DNA of 55,293 nt from Conidiobolus incongruus B7586 (Eukaryota): assembly GCA_000697335.1 (NCBI GenBank), contig JNEM01008043.1:1-55293 (forward strand), in the 5' to 3' direction. A program made the translations under genes and the position numbers. Of this stretch, positions 1-13,032 are shown piece by piece (position 1 is the stretch's first letter; each line of letters starts with the position of its first letter). A model generated the notes under the pieces. The model saw nothing but the letters and a program-made list of their open reading frames with translations. It ran no database searches and was not told the origin of the DNA.

Positions 1-1786
1 TATTATTTATAAAAATATTTACAAATTAAATAATTAATATATTTACTCTTATTATAATATATTTCTTGATTATATTTTGGAAAATAAGTTAGATAATAAA
101 AATAAAATAAATTATTACTATTATAGAAAATATTTATATAATATTTAATAAAAATCTTAACTGAATTGAAATTCTGGTCTTTATACCCTTTAATTTGTAG
201 TATTATTAAATATGGGGATAATTTAATAAAACTAGATTCAGTGTGCAAATTTAAAGCTTAGTTGTATTTTAATTAAATATTTGAGTTAGAATCAAAAATG
301 GCTAAATTTTAAACTGATTAAACAGTCATTACTATTGTAAAATTATCAAATTTACATAAATTTCATTTTCTTTGAAAAAAAAATTATGAAAATGGTAAAA
401 AAATTTATTATTAAAATGCATATTGTATATTATTCAAATTTTGCGGGAATAAAATTTTAGTTAATATAATTTTATTATTTTGATTTAGTTATTTTATAAT
501 TTATTAAATACATAGATGTTATAGAACTAGTGTTACCCAGTTTTATGCTATATTATTATCTGGTTATATAAAAAATTATTTCAGCTATCAAATATTAGAC
601 TAAAAAAGCTAAATTAAAAAACATCATATATTATTAGATAAAATATGGGTGATTAAATATTTAACAGATATCTGAAAATTTATTTGTATTAAAATGGGGT
701 TTATACAATTCAATACCTGAACCATCCTAATATAGTTATATAGTTAATTTTAAAACCCAAATTGGACATTGCTGTAAGTTTAAGAATATCAGTAATTCCG
801 GATTGTTTGATAGTATATAGTCAAATAACCAAAAATATTAATGAAGTATATTCTTTGGTGTGATTGATATTTTAAATGTTTCTGATAAAAAATATGATAT
901 TTTTATAATGATATAATATGATAAATAAGCTTATGTTCATAATTTAATTCATTCATTTAAACTTTGAAATGAAAATCATTAAAATGATTAATGTTGATTA
1001 AATATAGTGGATGTTTTTGATTTCATAATAAATCTTTATAGAATATCTGACCTTAGAATTTATAATGTTAGTAAAAATACTATTATTTTGAATTAATATC
1101 ATATGAATATAATTTCTAATGCATATTTTTAATATTCAAGTTTATAATAAAGCCATGTGTGATAACAATGTTCATTAAAAAAAAATAATAACTAGAAATT
1201 TGTGAAAAATTAAATTGACCTGAAAAATTTAGTTAAACCAAGTATCAAGATATTTTGACTGGTTTTATTAATATTTTTTGTTTGATTATACTCAATTTTG
1301 AAAAGTTTGCCCAATTATTTTGTTTAATTATCCATATTATCAAACATGAAAAATTGTATTTTACTTCAAATGATGATTTAGTGCGTGGTTTAAACTGATA
1401 ATATTCAAATAAATAGTCCTGCAAGCCCTGTATTATACCAATCAAAAATAAATAACTTATCAATTTAATAGATATTTACCAATTATTTGATTAGTTTTGT
1501 TTTAGAGTATGCGACAAATGGGTAGAAAACTTCATTAAGCACATGAAATTAGAGTAATCTGAGCCAATCAAAAATTATTTATAACCCATTAAAATCATTA
1601 TTAATAATGAATCAAATAAATTCAGTCAACTTTGTATAGATAGATTAACTTTTATTCTCTGACATATATTATTTGATTGAAAAAAAAACATTAAAAAAAT
1701 AACACTAATAACAATTTACAATTATATTTTTAACTTATTTACTTTACTTTCATTTTGATTTATATTATTAATATTATAGTTGGATA

Positions 1787-4597
1787 ATGAGTCATCCTAA
1801 CCAAAATACAACGGGCAATTTATGCCAACAATGTAAACGTCAGCAAGCTTCCAGTTCAAGTGTTCTTTGCAGCGGTTGTATCTTACGCTCAGCAAATGCT
1901 ATATACAATTTAGGAGATCCTGATTTGGGTGCAACGATTAATGCCGAATTAAATGCTCATCAACCACCTGGTACTTCTGGAGCCAGTTCGGGCGATCCAT
2001 TCCAGAATGGAGGATTGTTTAATCTTTATTCAAATATTGAAACTTTTTCTGAACATGAATTGAACCAAGCTTTGTACACTGAAGGTGGTAATTTGAACTT
2101 CCTCAATCAACCATTCCCTGCAGGATTACCACCAAGAATGGCACAACAAGCGGGTCAGCGCAATACTCCCAATTCATCTTCCCCTCATCAACCCTCTCAG
2201 GATCAAAGCACCTCCCAGCAGCAATCTGAAGCCAATCGCTTCTCATCTCCTCCATATGAAGAAGAAGATGAACTTAACGGAATCTGGGTTGGAGATAAAA
2301 ATTCCGCAGATAATGTATTTTATTATGGTGTTTTCCCAGGTAGTTTACTTGGCAATAGCAAAAAAGAAACTCAAGAAGTTTGCGAAAAAATGGCTACGTT
2401 ATTTGAAGAAACTGCAATTGAAGATAATTTACCAATGTCCATCAAAGAAGAGCCTATTTCTACCGCTGCTAAACGTCATCTTTTAGATTTGTATTTCAAA
2501 TACCATTATCCTTTCTTCCCCATTCTGGATAAAACCAAGATCATGGATCAATTTGATAAGGGAAAAGTCCCCAGTCTCTTGTTAAATGCTATATTTGCAG
2601 TTGCATATTTCTATACTGATGAGAGGAGTATGGGTTTCTTTGCTCAGTTTAAAGATAGAAGCAAGGAAGAAGTTGCAGAACAGTTCGAATCCCTTGCCAA
2701 GCAATGTTTAGATGAATGCTTTTCCGAAGCTGAACTTCCTACAATTCAAGCCTTACTCTTGATGACGTTATATCACCATAGAGCCTCTATTTCTAACAAT
2801 GTCTGGCTATACTCTGGTATGGCAACTAGAATGGCTATGGAATTGGGCTTGCATAAGGATTGTGAAAGTTTATTCAGTACATCGAATGATAACCAAGATC
2901 AAGAGCTCAACAAAAAGATTTGGTGGGGTTGCTTTATCCTCGATACTCTATACTCCACTATGTTGGGTAGACCCCTCTCTATTCAACAAGAGTTGAGTGA
3001 CGTTAAATTACCTGTCGTTGCTGACGATGAAGATAACCAACAGGTAATTATCGTAGAAAATACTTTCATTGCTTTCGCCAAACTCGCCAAGATTCTTGGT
3101 AAATTAAATCGTCTACTTACTTCGGTCAAACTCAAGAGCAATTTACGCGAAAGAGCTAATCGTTCTCTTGAATGCATGACTAGTTTAAAAAACTGGTTCA
3201 AGGGTCTTCCCGCTTCTTTAAAGCAATTGAACTTGGATGTTCCTATCAATTTGAATGACCTGAAGAACTGCAGCCAACAGAATATCTTGGCTCCTTATTT
3301 GCACTTAATGTACCATGTTTCATGCATCGTTGGTCAAACTCTTTGCCATACAGACAGTTTATTCCGTATTGTTAATCCCAATATGATGAAGGATGCTATC
3401 ACCTCTGCTACTGAAATTACTAGAATTATGTCTGCTATGGAACATGTGTTTGCTAAGCACGGCCCGGCCTTCCTTCACTACCCTTCATACGTAAGCTGCT
3501 TCTTATTCATGCATAAAATTAAATTGTCGCCTCCATCTCCCAATTTGACACACGATCCAAACTATACCCTCCTTATCTCCTGCTTACAAAGCTTGCATAA
3601 GCTTTCCGAAAGATTAGAGAATGGCCGCTTTGCTTTGAATGTTGTCACAGGATTGTGTGAGCATTTACGTATACCATTACCAGAGGTATACGCCAATATA
3701 CGTCAGAAATCACTTGTATCTGCTGGTGTCAACACCCCAGGATCAGGTCACCCTGCATTTTTCGCTGGTCAATTCCCTCCACAGTTTCTTCAATCTCTTC
3801 AAACTTCTGCAGCTGCATTCCAAGCCGACGGTTCATTTGATCCTAATCAACTTCAGAACATTACAGCTCAATTCAATCAAGGAGGCCAACCTCAGGCTAG
3901 TTTCATTATTTCTGCTCCTGCTGGTTCATCTATGATGGAGAGTGGTCAGCGCTTTGACAACTACCCACAGGGCGGTATTTCGATGTCTTTCATTAGACCT
4001 GAAGATATCATTGCAATGGGTGGTAATATGAATGATCCTATGCTTGCTATGGATTCTAGCATTCATCAAGGTCAACAAGCAACTATCACACCGTTACCAG
4101 ACGATGCAACCACATATGTTAGTCAGCAATCATACCAAGCTCCTGTAACTCAACATCCTCCTCATCAACCACCGACTGTGCCATCTCAACACCAAGCTAC
4201 TTCACAAACTCAACATCAAGTTCCTTCGCAGCCTCAACACCAGGTACCCACTCAAACTCATACTCAAGTCCCTCCACAAACCCAACCCCAAATTCCTTCT
4301 CAAACACAGCAATTCCAACAATATACCCATCCCCAGCAAGCATTCACAATGCCTCAACAACAGACCTATACCGCTGCTCACATGCAGCATCAACAAGGCT
4401 ACCCAACCAGTCAACCGATGTATTCAACTCAGCCTGGATATGCTCCCAACTATCAACAGCAGCCCCCTGTTAGCCAGCAACAACCTCAACCCGGCGCAAC
4501 TCAACATATGTACGGATACCAAGGCCAGGTACCTTCTCAAGGAGCTCCTCATGGCTACTCCAATCAAGGCTATGGCCACCAACAAGGCGGTCACTAG
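1787..4597 (+). CDS. Fungal-specific transcription factor (Fungal_trans/middle homology region) with degenerate N-terminal Cys cluster and Q/P-rich tail
   Basis: Intronless 936-aa ORF. Motifs LLDLYFKYHYPFFPILDK, TIQALLLM, WLYSGMATRMAMELGLH and KIWWGCFILD...LGRP are typical of the Zn2Cys6 TF middle homology region. N-terminal CQQC..CSGC. Confidence 0.9.
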   Translation: MSHPNQNTTGNLCQQCKRQQASSSSVLCSGCILRSANAIYNLGDPDLGATINAELNAHQPPGTSGASSGDPFQNGGLFNLYSNIETFSEHELNQALYTEGGNLNFLNQPFPAGLPPRMAQQAGQRNTPNSSSPHQPSQDQSTSQQQSEANRFSSPPYEEEDELNGIWVGDKNSADNVFYYGVFPGSLLGNSKKETQEVCEKMATLFEETAIEDNLPMSIKEEPISTAAKRHLLDLYFKYHYPFFPILDKTKIMDQFDKGKVPSLLLNAIFAVAYFYTDERSMGFFAQFKDRSKEEVAEQFESLAKQCLDECFSEAELPTIQALLLMTLYHHRASISNNVWLYSGMATRMAMELGLHKDCESLFSTSNDNQDQELNKKIWWGCFILDTLYSTMLGRPLSIQQELSDVKLPVVADDEDNQQVIIVENTFIAFAKLAKILGKLNRLLTSVKLKSNLRERANRSLECMTSLKNWFKGLPASLKQLNLDVPINLNDLKNCSQQNILAPYLHLMYHVSCIVGQTLCHTDSLFRIVNPNMMKDAITSATEITRIMSAMEHVFAKHGPAFLHYPSYVSCFLFMHKIKLSPPSPNLTHDPNYTLLISCLQSLHKLSERLENGRFALNVVTGLCEHLRIPLPEVYANIRQKSLVSAGVNTPGSGHPAFFAGQFPPQFLQSLQTSAAAFQADGSFDPNQLQNITAQFNQGGQPQASFIISAPAGSSMMESGQRFDNYPQGGISMSFIRPEDIIAMGGNMNDPMLAMDSSIHQGQQATITPLPDDATTYVSQQSYQAPVTQHPPHQPPTVPSQHQATSQTQHQVPSQPQHQVPTQTHTQVPPQTQPQIPSQTQQFQQYTHPQQAFTMPQQQTYTAAHMQHQQGYPTSQPMYSTQPGYAPNYQQQPPVSQQQPQPGATQHMYGYQGQVPSQGAPHGYSNQGYGHQQGGH
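4187..4306 (+). repeat. Five degenerate 24-nt coding repeats (QxQVPxQx octapeptide)
   Basis: Units caacaccaagctacttcacaaact / caacatcaagttccttcgcagcct / caacaccaggtacccactcaaact / catactcaagtccctccacaaacc / caaccccaaattccttctcaaaca. Confidence 0.8.
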
Positions 4598-6661
4598 ATT
4601 GACTTGTATCATTTTTCACTTTTTTTCATTTTTAATTCTCCTACATTATTGGGCTAGGATTTGAACCTGACATAATAAAATTATTATTTTTGATAAATAT
4701 ATATTATTTCATTTTATACAATTAACTGATATGTTTGCTTTATTCTTCAACAATGCATTTTACTATCTCAATATATTATTTGATATAATGAATTTTACAA
4801 TTTGATTTAATATTTTCATTTTCTACACAATTAATATAAATTTGAATTTTTTTATAATATCAAAATCAATAAATTAGATTCATATTTCTATTGATATTAA
4901 CATAACTAAGATAATTGGTTTATAATATTTATTATAATATTTTAAAATTTAAATACTTAATTTATTTTAGAGTGATTTATTTATTAAAACAAAAGTAACA
5001 AAATTAATAGACTATTCGTGAAAGTATGAATCATATAGTAATGATCATCAAGGTTCTCGAATTTTAATAATCTACATATTTAATCATAAAAATAGAAATT
5101 TAGTGATAAATCATTTTAATAAATTTGATAGTATAGCTGTAGTGACAGACTTAATGTTTTTATATTTATGAGTATGATAATTGATTAATTGAGTTTTTTT
5201 AATTAGATCATGATTATTAATATTATTCAGTTCATTATTTAACTATAATTTTTTATATAATCAAAAATTTTATTAATCTATTTATATAAAGAAAATTATC
5301 AATATTTCACATAAGTAATTCTAATTAAAATATTTCAATTTATTAAAGAAAAAAATTTTTTTGATTTCCATTTAACTAAATATATTAAATTTAAAAATTA
5401 ATAAAAATCTAATTTTAATATCACTAAACAAATATTATATATCAAAATAACGAGATTTAATGCTAGATATTTGTTTTGTACATTATATGATTATTCTATA
5501 TTCATTGTAACCAAAAAAATAACCTTATGTTATTATTAGGTTGCTTTCATAACAAAGTATTATCTTACTTAAAATTACTAATATTCCAATATATTAATGG
5601 TATTTGTCACATTTTAAAAAACTCAATTTTAACTAAATTCATATTTTATATTATTTATCATTTATGAGTTTTAAATATATTTAAATTTTATTAGCAATAT
5701 TCAATCTAATATTGTTAAAACTATTATGTTTTACAAATTATCAAAGTTATTTCAAAATGTAATATTAATAAGTAAAATCTTATTAATGATATTCAATTCA
5801 AAATAATTCTTATAAATATTTAATAGTAGTTATAATAATAATATTATTATAAATTGCTTGCCAAATGGAAGCTATTAAACTTAAATATATCTAAAAAACA
5901 AATGCAACCATATTAATATGTTAAAAGATAGCAATGTCAAAATTTTCGACAATTTATCAAATTCAATCATCTGAGTCAAGTGTTTTTTCTTGTAAAATGG
6001 ATAATTAAATTATTAGTTGTATTGTAAATATATATTGTATATATTTATATTAACTTTCATATTTTATTTTATTTGAATAATAATATTATAATAATAATTT
6101 AACGCGAGAAAATTTGATAATATTATTTTTACATTATTTTATTAATATTAACTATTATATTTGGTTAATAATCTTATTTGAGTTTATTTAAAATATTTTT
6201 CACAATATTGAAAAATGATATAGCTTTATATCATATTATTTAATCAAATTTAAAAAAATTTAGACTATATTGATATAATTTATGTTAATACTAATATATA
6301 TATATATATATATGGTTGTCAGCATAGATAGCAAATATATATTGGTCCAATTACAATGATTTGATAATTGCATATTATCCCTAATTTTTTAATAAAATTT
6401 TTAGCGAATTTCATTTTATACAAAATATAAATGACTAAATGTAATAGTACATCCGTTTTTTGTATATATTAAAAAATTCTTATTTTAAAAATCAATTCTC
6501 ATATTAAAGTTTGATTTAAAAACAAAAATCCCATAAATTAAATAAATTTAATTTATTTATTAAATTAAATCTATCGTTCAAAAAATATTCAATTAAAAAT
6601 TAAATTATAGGATTTTATAGATTTTAATTAAATAATAATAATAATAATAATAATAATTACA

Positions 6662-7734
6662 ATGAAATCTACAGTAATTTAAGGTATTAAAATATTTAAT
6701 ATAATTATTAATCAATTTTTATAGGATAAAGTTAGAGATAGAGAGATTACTAATAACGAACCCGAAAAAGTCAAAAAATCTAAAAAAGAAAAGAAGGAAA
6801 AGAAAGAGAAAAAACGTAAGATAAAATTAATTAATTTTTAATTGATTTATTTATTTTGATTTATTTAGATAAGAAGGAATCTGATTCTCAAGGTATTCAA
6901 TTTTATTTAATATTTTAATATGTTTGATATTAAATTAAATATTTCTAAGATGTAACTTTTGCTGAAGAAATTCAATCAAGTAACCATATCTTAATTAAAA
7001 TGAGCTTGATATTGGAATTAATTGATTATTTATTAATAGATGAACCTGCTCAAAATGAAGAAATCACACCGATATTACAAGAACCTCAAAACTTACCAAC
7101 TCAAATTAATCAACTTTTTGACAAATTTTCAGATTTTGATGCCAATCCAATAGCACTTATAAATAAGCAATTAAACGAGTTGAATAGACAAAATTTGAAT
7201 CAAGTTGATATTGAATCAATCTCACACTTATCCCAGAATTTCCTCAGATTATATGATAAATTATTGCAATTGTTGAAGCTATTACATTCAAATAATACTA
7301 ATGTATCAATGGATAGTTTGAAAAACCCTAATGAAGTGATTCAGGTAATACAGTGATTAACCTGTAATTAATTTTAAACTTATTTAATATTCTAGGAATC
7401 TTACAACTCAATCGGACTCAATTATCTCAAAGATCTTATGAGTGTGCAACTGTATCAGCCAATTTCCTTAATGAATAACGAATTAAAGTACTCGATCTTA
7501 TCACTAACCAAAGGACAAACTGTATCAGACGCATTGCCCAGCTCTTCATCAACTAGTGTTGACGACAAGTTTAGAGAATTCTACATGGATCAAATGGCTA
7601 ATGCTTTTGGTGATGAATTAGATCAAATTCGTCAATTGGAAAATTTAGACGAATCTAAAATCAAAATTTTAATTCAGTCCTTAGAAATTGGTATTCAAAA
7701 TTTTTCAAAGAGTGAAAAGCAATTTCAATTTTAA
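6662..7734 (+). CDS. Ribosome assembly protein Rsa3-like, multi-exon
   Basis: ATG at 6662 and several micro-exons joined by GT-AG introns give a K/E-rich N-terminus. C-terminal FREFYMDQMANAFGDELDQIRQ...ILIQSLEIGIQNF resembles the Rsa3 domain. Confidence 0.6.
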
Positions 7735-8376
7735 TAAACTTATTATCTCAAATGTATTACACTTAATTTCATATTTTCGCTATTGTATTATTTAATTTAA
7801 TTATTTAAATATCTTATTATTTTTCCAATCAAATTTATTGCTTTAATTACTAATTCTGAACTCTAATTTCAATCTATAAATTTTTGATCAATTGAAAATT
7901 TTATTATTTATATCAATATTTAAACGAATTTGTTAATATACTATTAATATATAGTATTTTTATAATCAAATAAGAATATAATAATGAATTATTAAATACA
8001 ATATATAAAATTTATTACAAATAATAAATTCAAAGGTTTGAAAAAAAATATATTAAGTGTGAGAAAATTAAGATGCAATAAAAATTCAATGTAACTTCCG
8101 AATAAGGAAATGGAAAGGGAGATTAGGGGAGAAGGTTCAAGTAAATTTCATTGGAACTGTAGTTGAATCCCTCTTACCTGGTGTTGTCCAAGCTCCTACA
8201 CATCACAGTCAGATAATGTAAGAACAACAAATTCAAAGCATCCATCCAGTTATCTATACAATAATAGTCGAAATAATACAATACTATAAAAAATACAATT
8301 AAAAATGCTATACAAATAATATTTAATATACTTTGTTTATATTTCAATCAATTGATCTAACGAATTAATCATTAGC

Positions 8377-8762
8377 ATGCGTTACATCGCCGCTCACTTA
8401 CTCCTCGCTCTCGGTGGTAACTCCAACCCCTCCGCTGAAGATATCAAGAATCTCTTGGCTTCCGTCGGTGTTGAAACTGAAGAAGAAAGATTAACTTCCC
8501 TCCTTGCTCAATTAGAAGGCAAGAACATCAACGAAATCATTGAAGCCGGTCTCTCCAAGCTCGCTTCCGTTCCCTCCGGTGGTGCTGCCGCTGGTGGTGC
8601 CTCTGCTGGTGCCGCTGCTGGTGGTGCTGCTGCCGCTGCTGAAGAAGCTGCTCCCGCTGCCGAAGAAGAAGAAGAAGATGATGTAAGATCTATTGTAATC
8701 TATAGAATTCTCATATCTAACCTACTTGATTTTAGGATATGGGCTTTGGTTTATTCGACTAA
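8377..8762 (+). CDS. RPP2: 60S acidic ribosomal protein P2 (exons 8377-8682, 8736-8762)
   Basis: [14 protein letters not shown] start and Ala/Gly hinge. Removing intron 8683-8735 gives the canonical [14 protein letters not shown] end. Probable 5'-UTR intron ending at 8375 (ctaac branch, ttag just before C-ATG). Confidence 0.95.
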
Positions 8763-11365
8763 ACACGTTATTAAATCCACCAATAAAACGTGTACTAGTA
8801 TCAAGAGTTTTTTACTCAACAAATTGGACTTCTACCCTATTTTGTATGACCCTCATTCCCAATTGGTTTCTGTACAAAGCTTATTGATTGATGTATTAAA
8901 CTGTAATCTTCTCCATCCTTCAAAATTCTCTGTTAACTCTTTATTTCTTCAGCTTTGTTTTTTTATTTGTTCTTTTGGTCTTACGGTTATACTTTTTACT
9001 CTGGTATGTAATATTGCTTCTTTTAACAATATTATTTTATTCTCTTTAAGTATTATCCATCTAGATATTTATAATACTTCTATCCTTATTAATCATTTTT
9101 ATTAATTTTATAAATATTCCTCTGATATATTTAAATTTTTTTATTATTATTCTATAAAATTTCTTTAGTTCACATTATTTATATACAGTATTCATATTTA
9201 TAATATAGATATAGTTTTATTTAACTTTTGTCAATTTATTTCATTATGAATATTAATTGATTAATATCAAATATCCTCTAAAACTAATATTTTAATATAA
9301 AAAAATTAATTTTATTTCTATACTCAATTCAATTTTAAATTTTAATATTTTTTACAAAATCTAATTGTTTTGATAATAAAATTTAAATTATATAAAAATT
9401 ATTAATTATAACTTAATACTATTTTTAAACTTTAAACTACATATTTCATAATATATATATATATATATCATTCGTTAATATTTTGATTAATATATCCACA
9501 AATTGAAATACTTAATTTTAATTACTATTAGAGAAAATTTATTTAAATAAATATTGATATTTAAAATATTATTTAATAATAATAAATTTGAAATTTAATT
9601 TATAAAAATGGAATTGATAAAATAAGAATTATATTTAACGATTTAATTATTTAATAATTCAATAGTTATTATAACTAATTTCTTATTATATTATTGTATA
9701 ATTTTGTCAAAAATAATAATTTAACTAAATATTTATTATATTATTTTGCTAAATATTACTTATCAAAATTTTAATATACTAAGTTATTATTAAATTGTAA
9801 TTTTAAATAATTTTATTAATTATTCTTCACATTATCAATCTTGACATATGTATATTCAATATAATATATTAAATTATATTTCATCAATTAATTATTCTTA
9901 TTTTTAAATCATTAATAGTATTATTGAATCTTTATATATTTGATTGTTCTATTGTATATTATTTCATAAGTTATATTTTTTAAGACTCAATTGTAACTTA
10001 TTTTTTATTCTATAATTATATTGAGTTTGTAAAGGAAAATACTAAATATATCTAATGCATTCCAACTTTATATATATTTCTAAAACAATAGTTAATTCAA
10101 CTTATTTAATATAAAATTATTAAATGGGCCTATTATAATTATATAATATAAATTGGAAAAATATGATTTATATTACATATTCCTGATATTTATTAATTGT
10201 AGAATACATATTACATTGTTATTGGAATGCATTATGATATTTCAAGTTTCTTGTTCTATTTATGAACAATAATAGTTATTTTCAAATATCTAATATATCA
10301 GAGCCAATATCCTGGATTTGTTTCTGCGTTATAGGGAGAATACAATGGCTAAAATGTTTCATTGAAATTGTATTTTTATTATATATTTAATTTTATTACC
10401 TGTGAATAAATTTTAATTATTTTATGTAGCTGTTATATTAAAAAATTGACTATTAATAAATTATTAAATTATTAAATCAAAATTATTTGTAAAATGATAG
10501 TATATAAACCATCATCAATTTATTATATATTTTATATTAATAAAATTGAATTGATCATTTCTTTATAATTATTATCCCCATTATGGTTTTTTGAATTCAA
10601 ATAGCCAAAATGTTAATTAATTTAAACATAATATATTATAAATATTTAATATAAAATCAAGACATTAGATTAGGTTACAATTGGATTTTATTGTTAATTA
10701 CTCTAAAATGATTAAATTTTTAAGTTAATATCCCTAACATCTAAAATGAATTAGCTTTAATATACTTAAAATTTTTTAATGAATTAAACTATCAAATCTA
10801 GTGAAATGAATCAGGAATTCATAATGAATATAAATATCGCAGTTATCAATGGCCATTAATTAATTTTTCTACCTAGAAATTAAATCTTGTGAATCGGGTA
10901 TTTAGCGATTTTTTTTTCAAAATTTGATGAAAAATTTACAATTTAGATTTGTAATTTGTAGGATCTCAAAGTTCGGAGATTACCTAATACGTTTTAATCA
11001 AATATTTGAGAAAATGAATTGATGAACATTGAAATTTATTAAGGATAATTTAATAGTAAATATTAGAAATATTTATACTAGAAATACTTAAAATATTTGT
11101 AACATCTTTTTAAAGTTAAATAGTAGTTTTGAACATTCGAATGTTGGCATATAAAGTAATATAAGGAATTCAAATAATTTTGATTAAAATTTCATTATGT
11201 GACAAAGTTATTGGATAATCAAACAATGGTGATGACGTAGTATTATTGATTTGAAACTATATTCAATCCGAGTCTAAAATTTTAGTATAAAAATATATAA
11301 GGCCATTTTGGTCTTTATCTAACTTTCTATTATAAATTTCTTTTTAAGAAACATATAAATCAAAA

Positions 11366-11665
11366 ATGACTAGCGTTCAAGAACTCGTCCAACAAAAGAT
11401 CGATCAAAATATTTTAATGATTTTCTCCAAATCCTACTGCCCCTACTGCAAGCGCGCAAAGGAAGCTGCCAAAAAGCTTGGTGTCGACTATCACGCTATC
11501 GAATTAGATGAACTTGATAACGGAGCTGAAATTCAAGATCATTTGGAAGCTAAGACCGGTCAAAGAAGCGTCCCAAATATCTTTATTAAGGGAACACACA
11601 TCGGTGGTTGCGATGACTTTTTAGCTAAGATTGACAAAGGTGAAGTTCAAAAGTTGTTGGCTTAG
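11366..11665 (+). CDS. Dithiol glutaredoxin
   Basis: CPYC active site, SVPNIFI and IGGCDD motifs. Confidence 0.95.
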   Translation: MTSVQELVQQKIDQNILMIFSKSYCPYCKRAKEAAKKLGVDYHAIELDELDNGAEIQDHLEAKTGQRSVPNIFIKGTHIGGCDDFLAKIDKGEVQKLLA

Positions 11666-12579
11666 ATTGTTTAAAGTAATTAAATTCGTTTGACTTTAAT
11701 TTTATCTTTTTTATATTAACTTTTAGTATATTTTCTCTCTATTTTAAAGAAGTGGTATATCTGCTTAGAATTTGTATTATTGACGAGATTAGACCAAATT
11801 TATAATAATTCTTATCCCTTTATTCAATTTTTCAATTTGATCTATATCTTCTGAACCTATATTTTATTAATTCTAACCAATCCAATGATTCAGTTAAGAC
11901 CTCTCAATATGGCTTTGTTTAATATTAACTTGATCTTATAACATCCAATATAGAGTGTCTCAAAATATACTCTCCACATGGCCATATTATGTGCTATCTT
12001 CCACTTAATATCTAATTATTTATACTATTGCTTTATTAGTTAATTCATCACAACTATAGAAAATTAATTTTAATATGATCATACGTTGCATTTATCATAT
12101 GAATGGATTTTGCATTAATCATTTTAATAATCTTTAAAAATGATTACTTTTATCACTGAATCATCTATTAACACTAACACCTTTTAAAATGATTTTTAAA
12201 TTTATTAATATATGTAGTAAAACATCAGTGTTAATATTTAACTATAAGATAATTAACTAATCATCTATATTTAAATAAAATAATTAAACAATTTATTTTC
12301 AATCACTCTAATGTCATAAAAAAATCAAAATAAATAATATGATCCTCATTATTATACATTTCCAAGTCATAACCCAAACTTTATTAATGAATTGGGAGAA
12401 ATCTTTTATTACTTAAAATAAGCCACTAACAGCTATTGATATGTATAAAACCAGTCATTAGTGGGCAATTATAGCAATTTCATCAAATTCAGCCAAAAGC
12501 AATAACCATAATTTTGTTCACTAATTAATTCAATATATCAATTAGATAACATCATTAAATTCTCTCATTGATAAACAAA

Positions 12580-13032
12580 ATGATTCGCACAAGATTAGCT
12601 CAATCCACTCAATCCATCTTACGTAACTTCTCTAGAAACTACAGCATTAAGGTAGTTCACTCCGATTTCGCTCCTGCTGCTATCGGTCCCTACTCCCAAG
12701 GTACCGTTGCCACTGCTAACGGTCTCGTATTCGTATCTGGCCAACTCCCCATCGATGCCAAAACCAACTCTATTCCCTTAACCGTTTCTGAACAAACTCA
12801 CCAATCCCTCACCAACCTTGAACACGTTCTCAAGGCCGCTAACTCCGATTTGACCAAAGTGCTCAAAGTCAACGTCTACTTGAAGGACATGAACGACTTC
12901 CAAGCTATGAACGAAGTCTATGCTAAATTCTTCAAAGAACACCGTCCTGCTAGAGCTGCTGTTGAAGTTGCCAGATTACCTAAGGATGTTTTGGTTGAAA
13001 TTGAATGTACTGCTGTCGCTCCCAAAGAATAA
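12580..13032 (+). CDS. RidA/YjgF/UK114 enamine-imine deaminase, copy 1, with mitochondrial-presequence-like N-terminus (MMF1-like)
   Basis: [23 protein letters not shown] (catalytic Arg) and VEIEC motifs. First ATG at 12580. N-terminus MIRTRLAQSTQSILRNFSRNYS is R/S-rich and has no acidic residues. Confidence 0.92.
   Translation: MIRTRLAQSTQSILRNFSRNYSIKVVHSDFAPAAIGPYSQGTVATANGLVFVSGQLPIDAKTNSIPLTVSEQTHQSLTNLEHVLKAANSDLTKVLKVNVYLKDMNDFQAMNEVYAKFFKEHRPARAAVEVARLPKDVLVEIECTAVAPKE

Noticed and set aside
3..1463. Short I/N/K/Y/F-rich ORFs in AT-rich DNA (also 15395, 36041, 50140, 50422, 51687)
   Set aside because: Compositional artefacts with no motifs.
8377..9105. 242-aa P2 ORF with a long hydrophobic extension
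   Set aside because: Read-through of intron 8683-8735; splicing restores the canonical DMGFGLFD* end.
11870..12010. Minus-strand WKIAHNMAMWRVY, reminiscent of a non-LTR retroelement C-terminus
   Set aside because: Too short and unsupported by other motifs.
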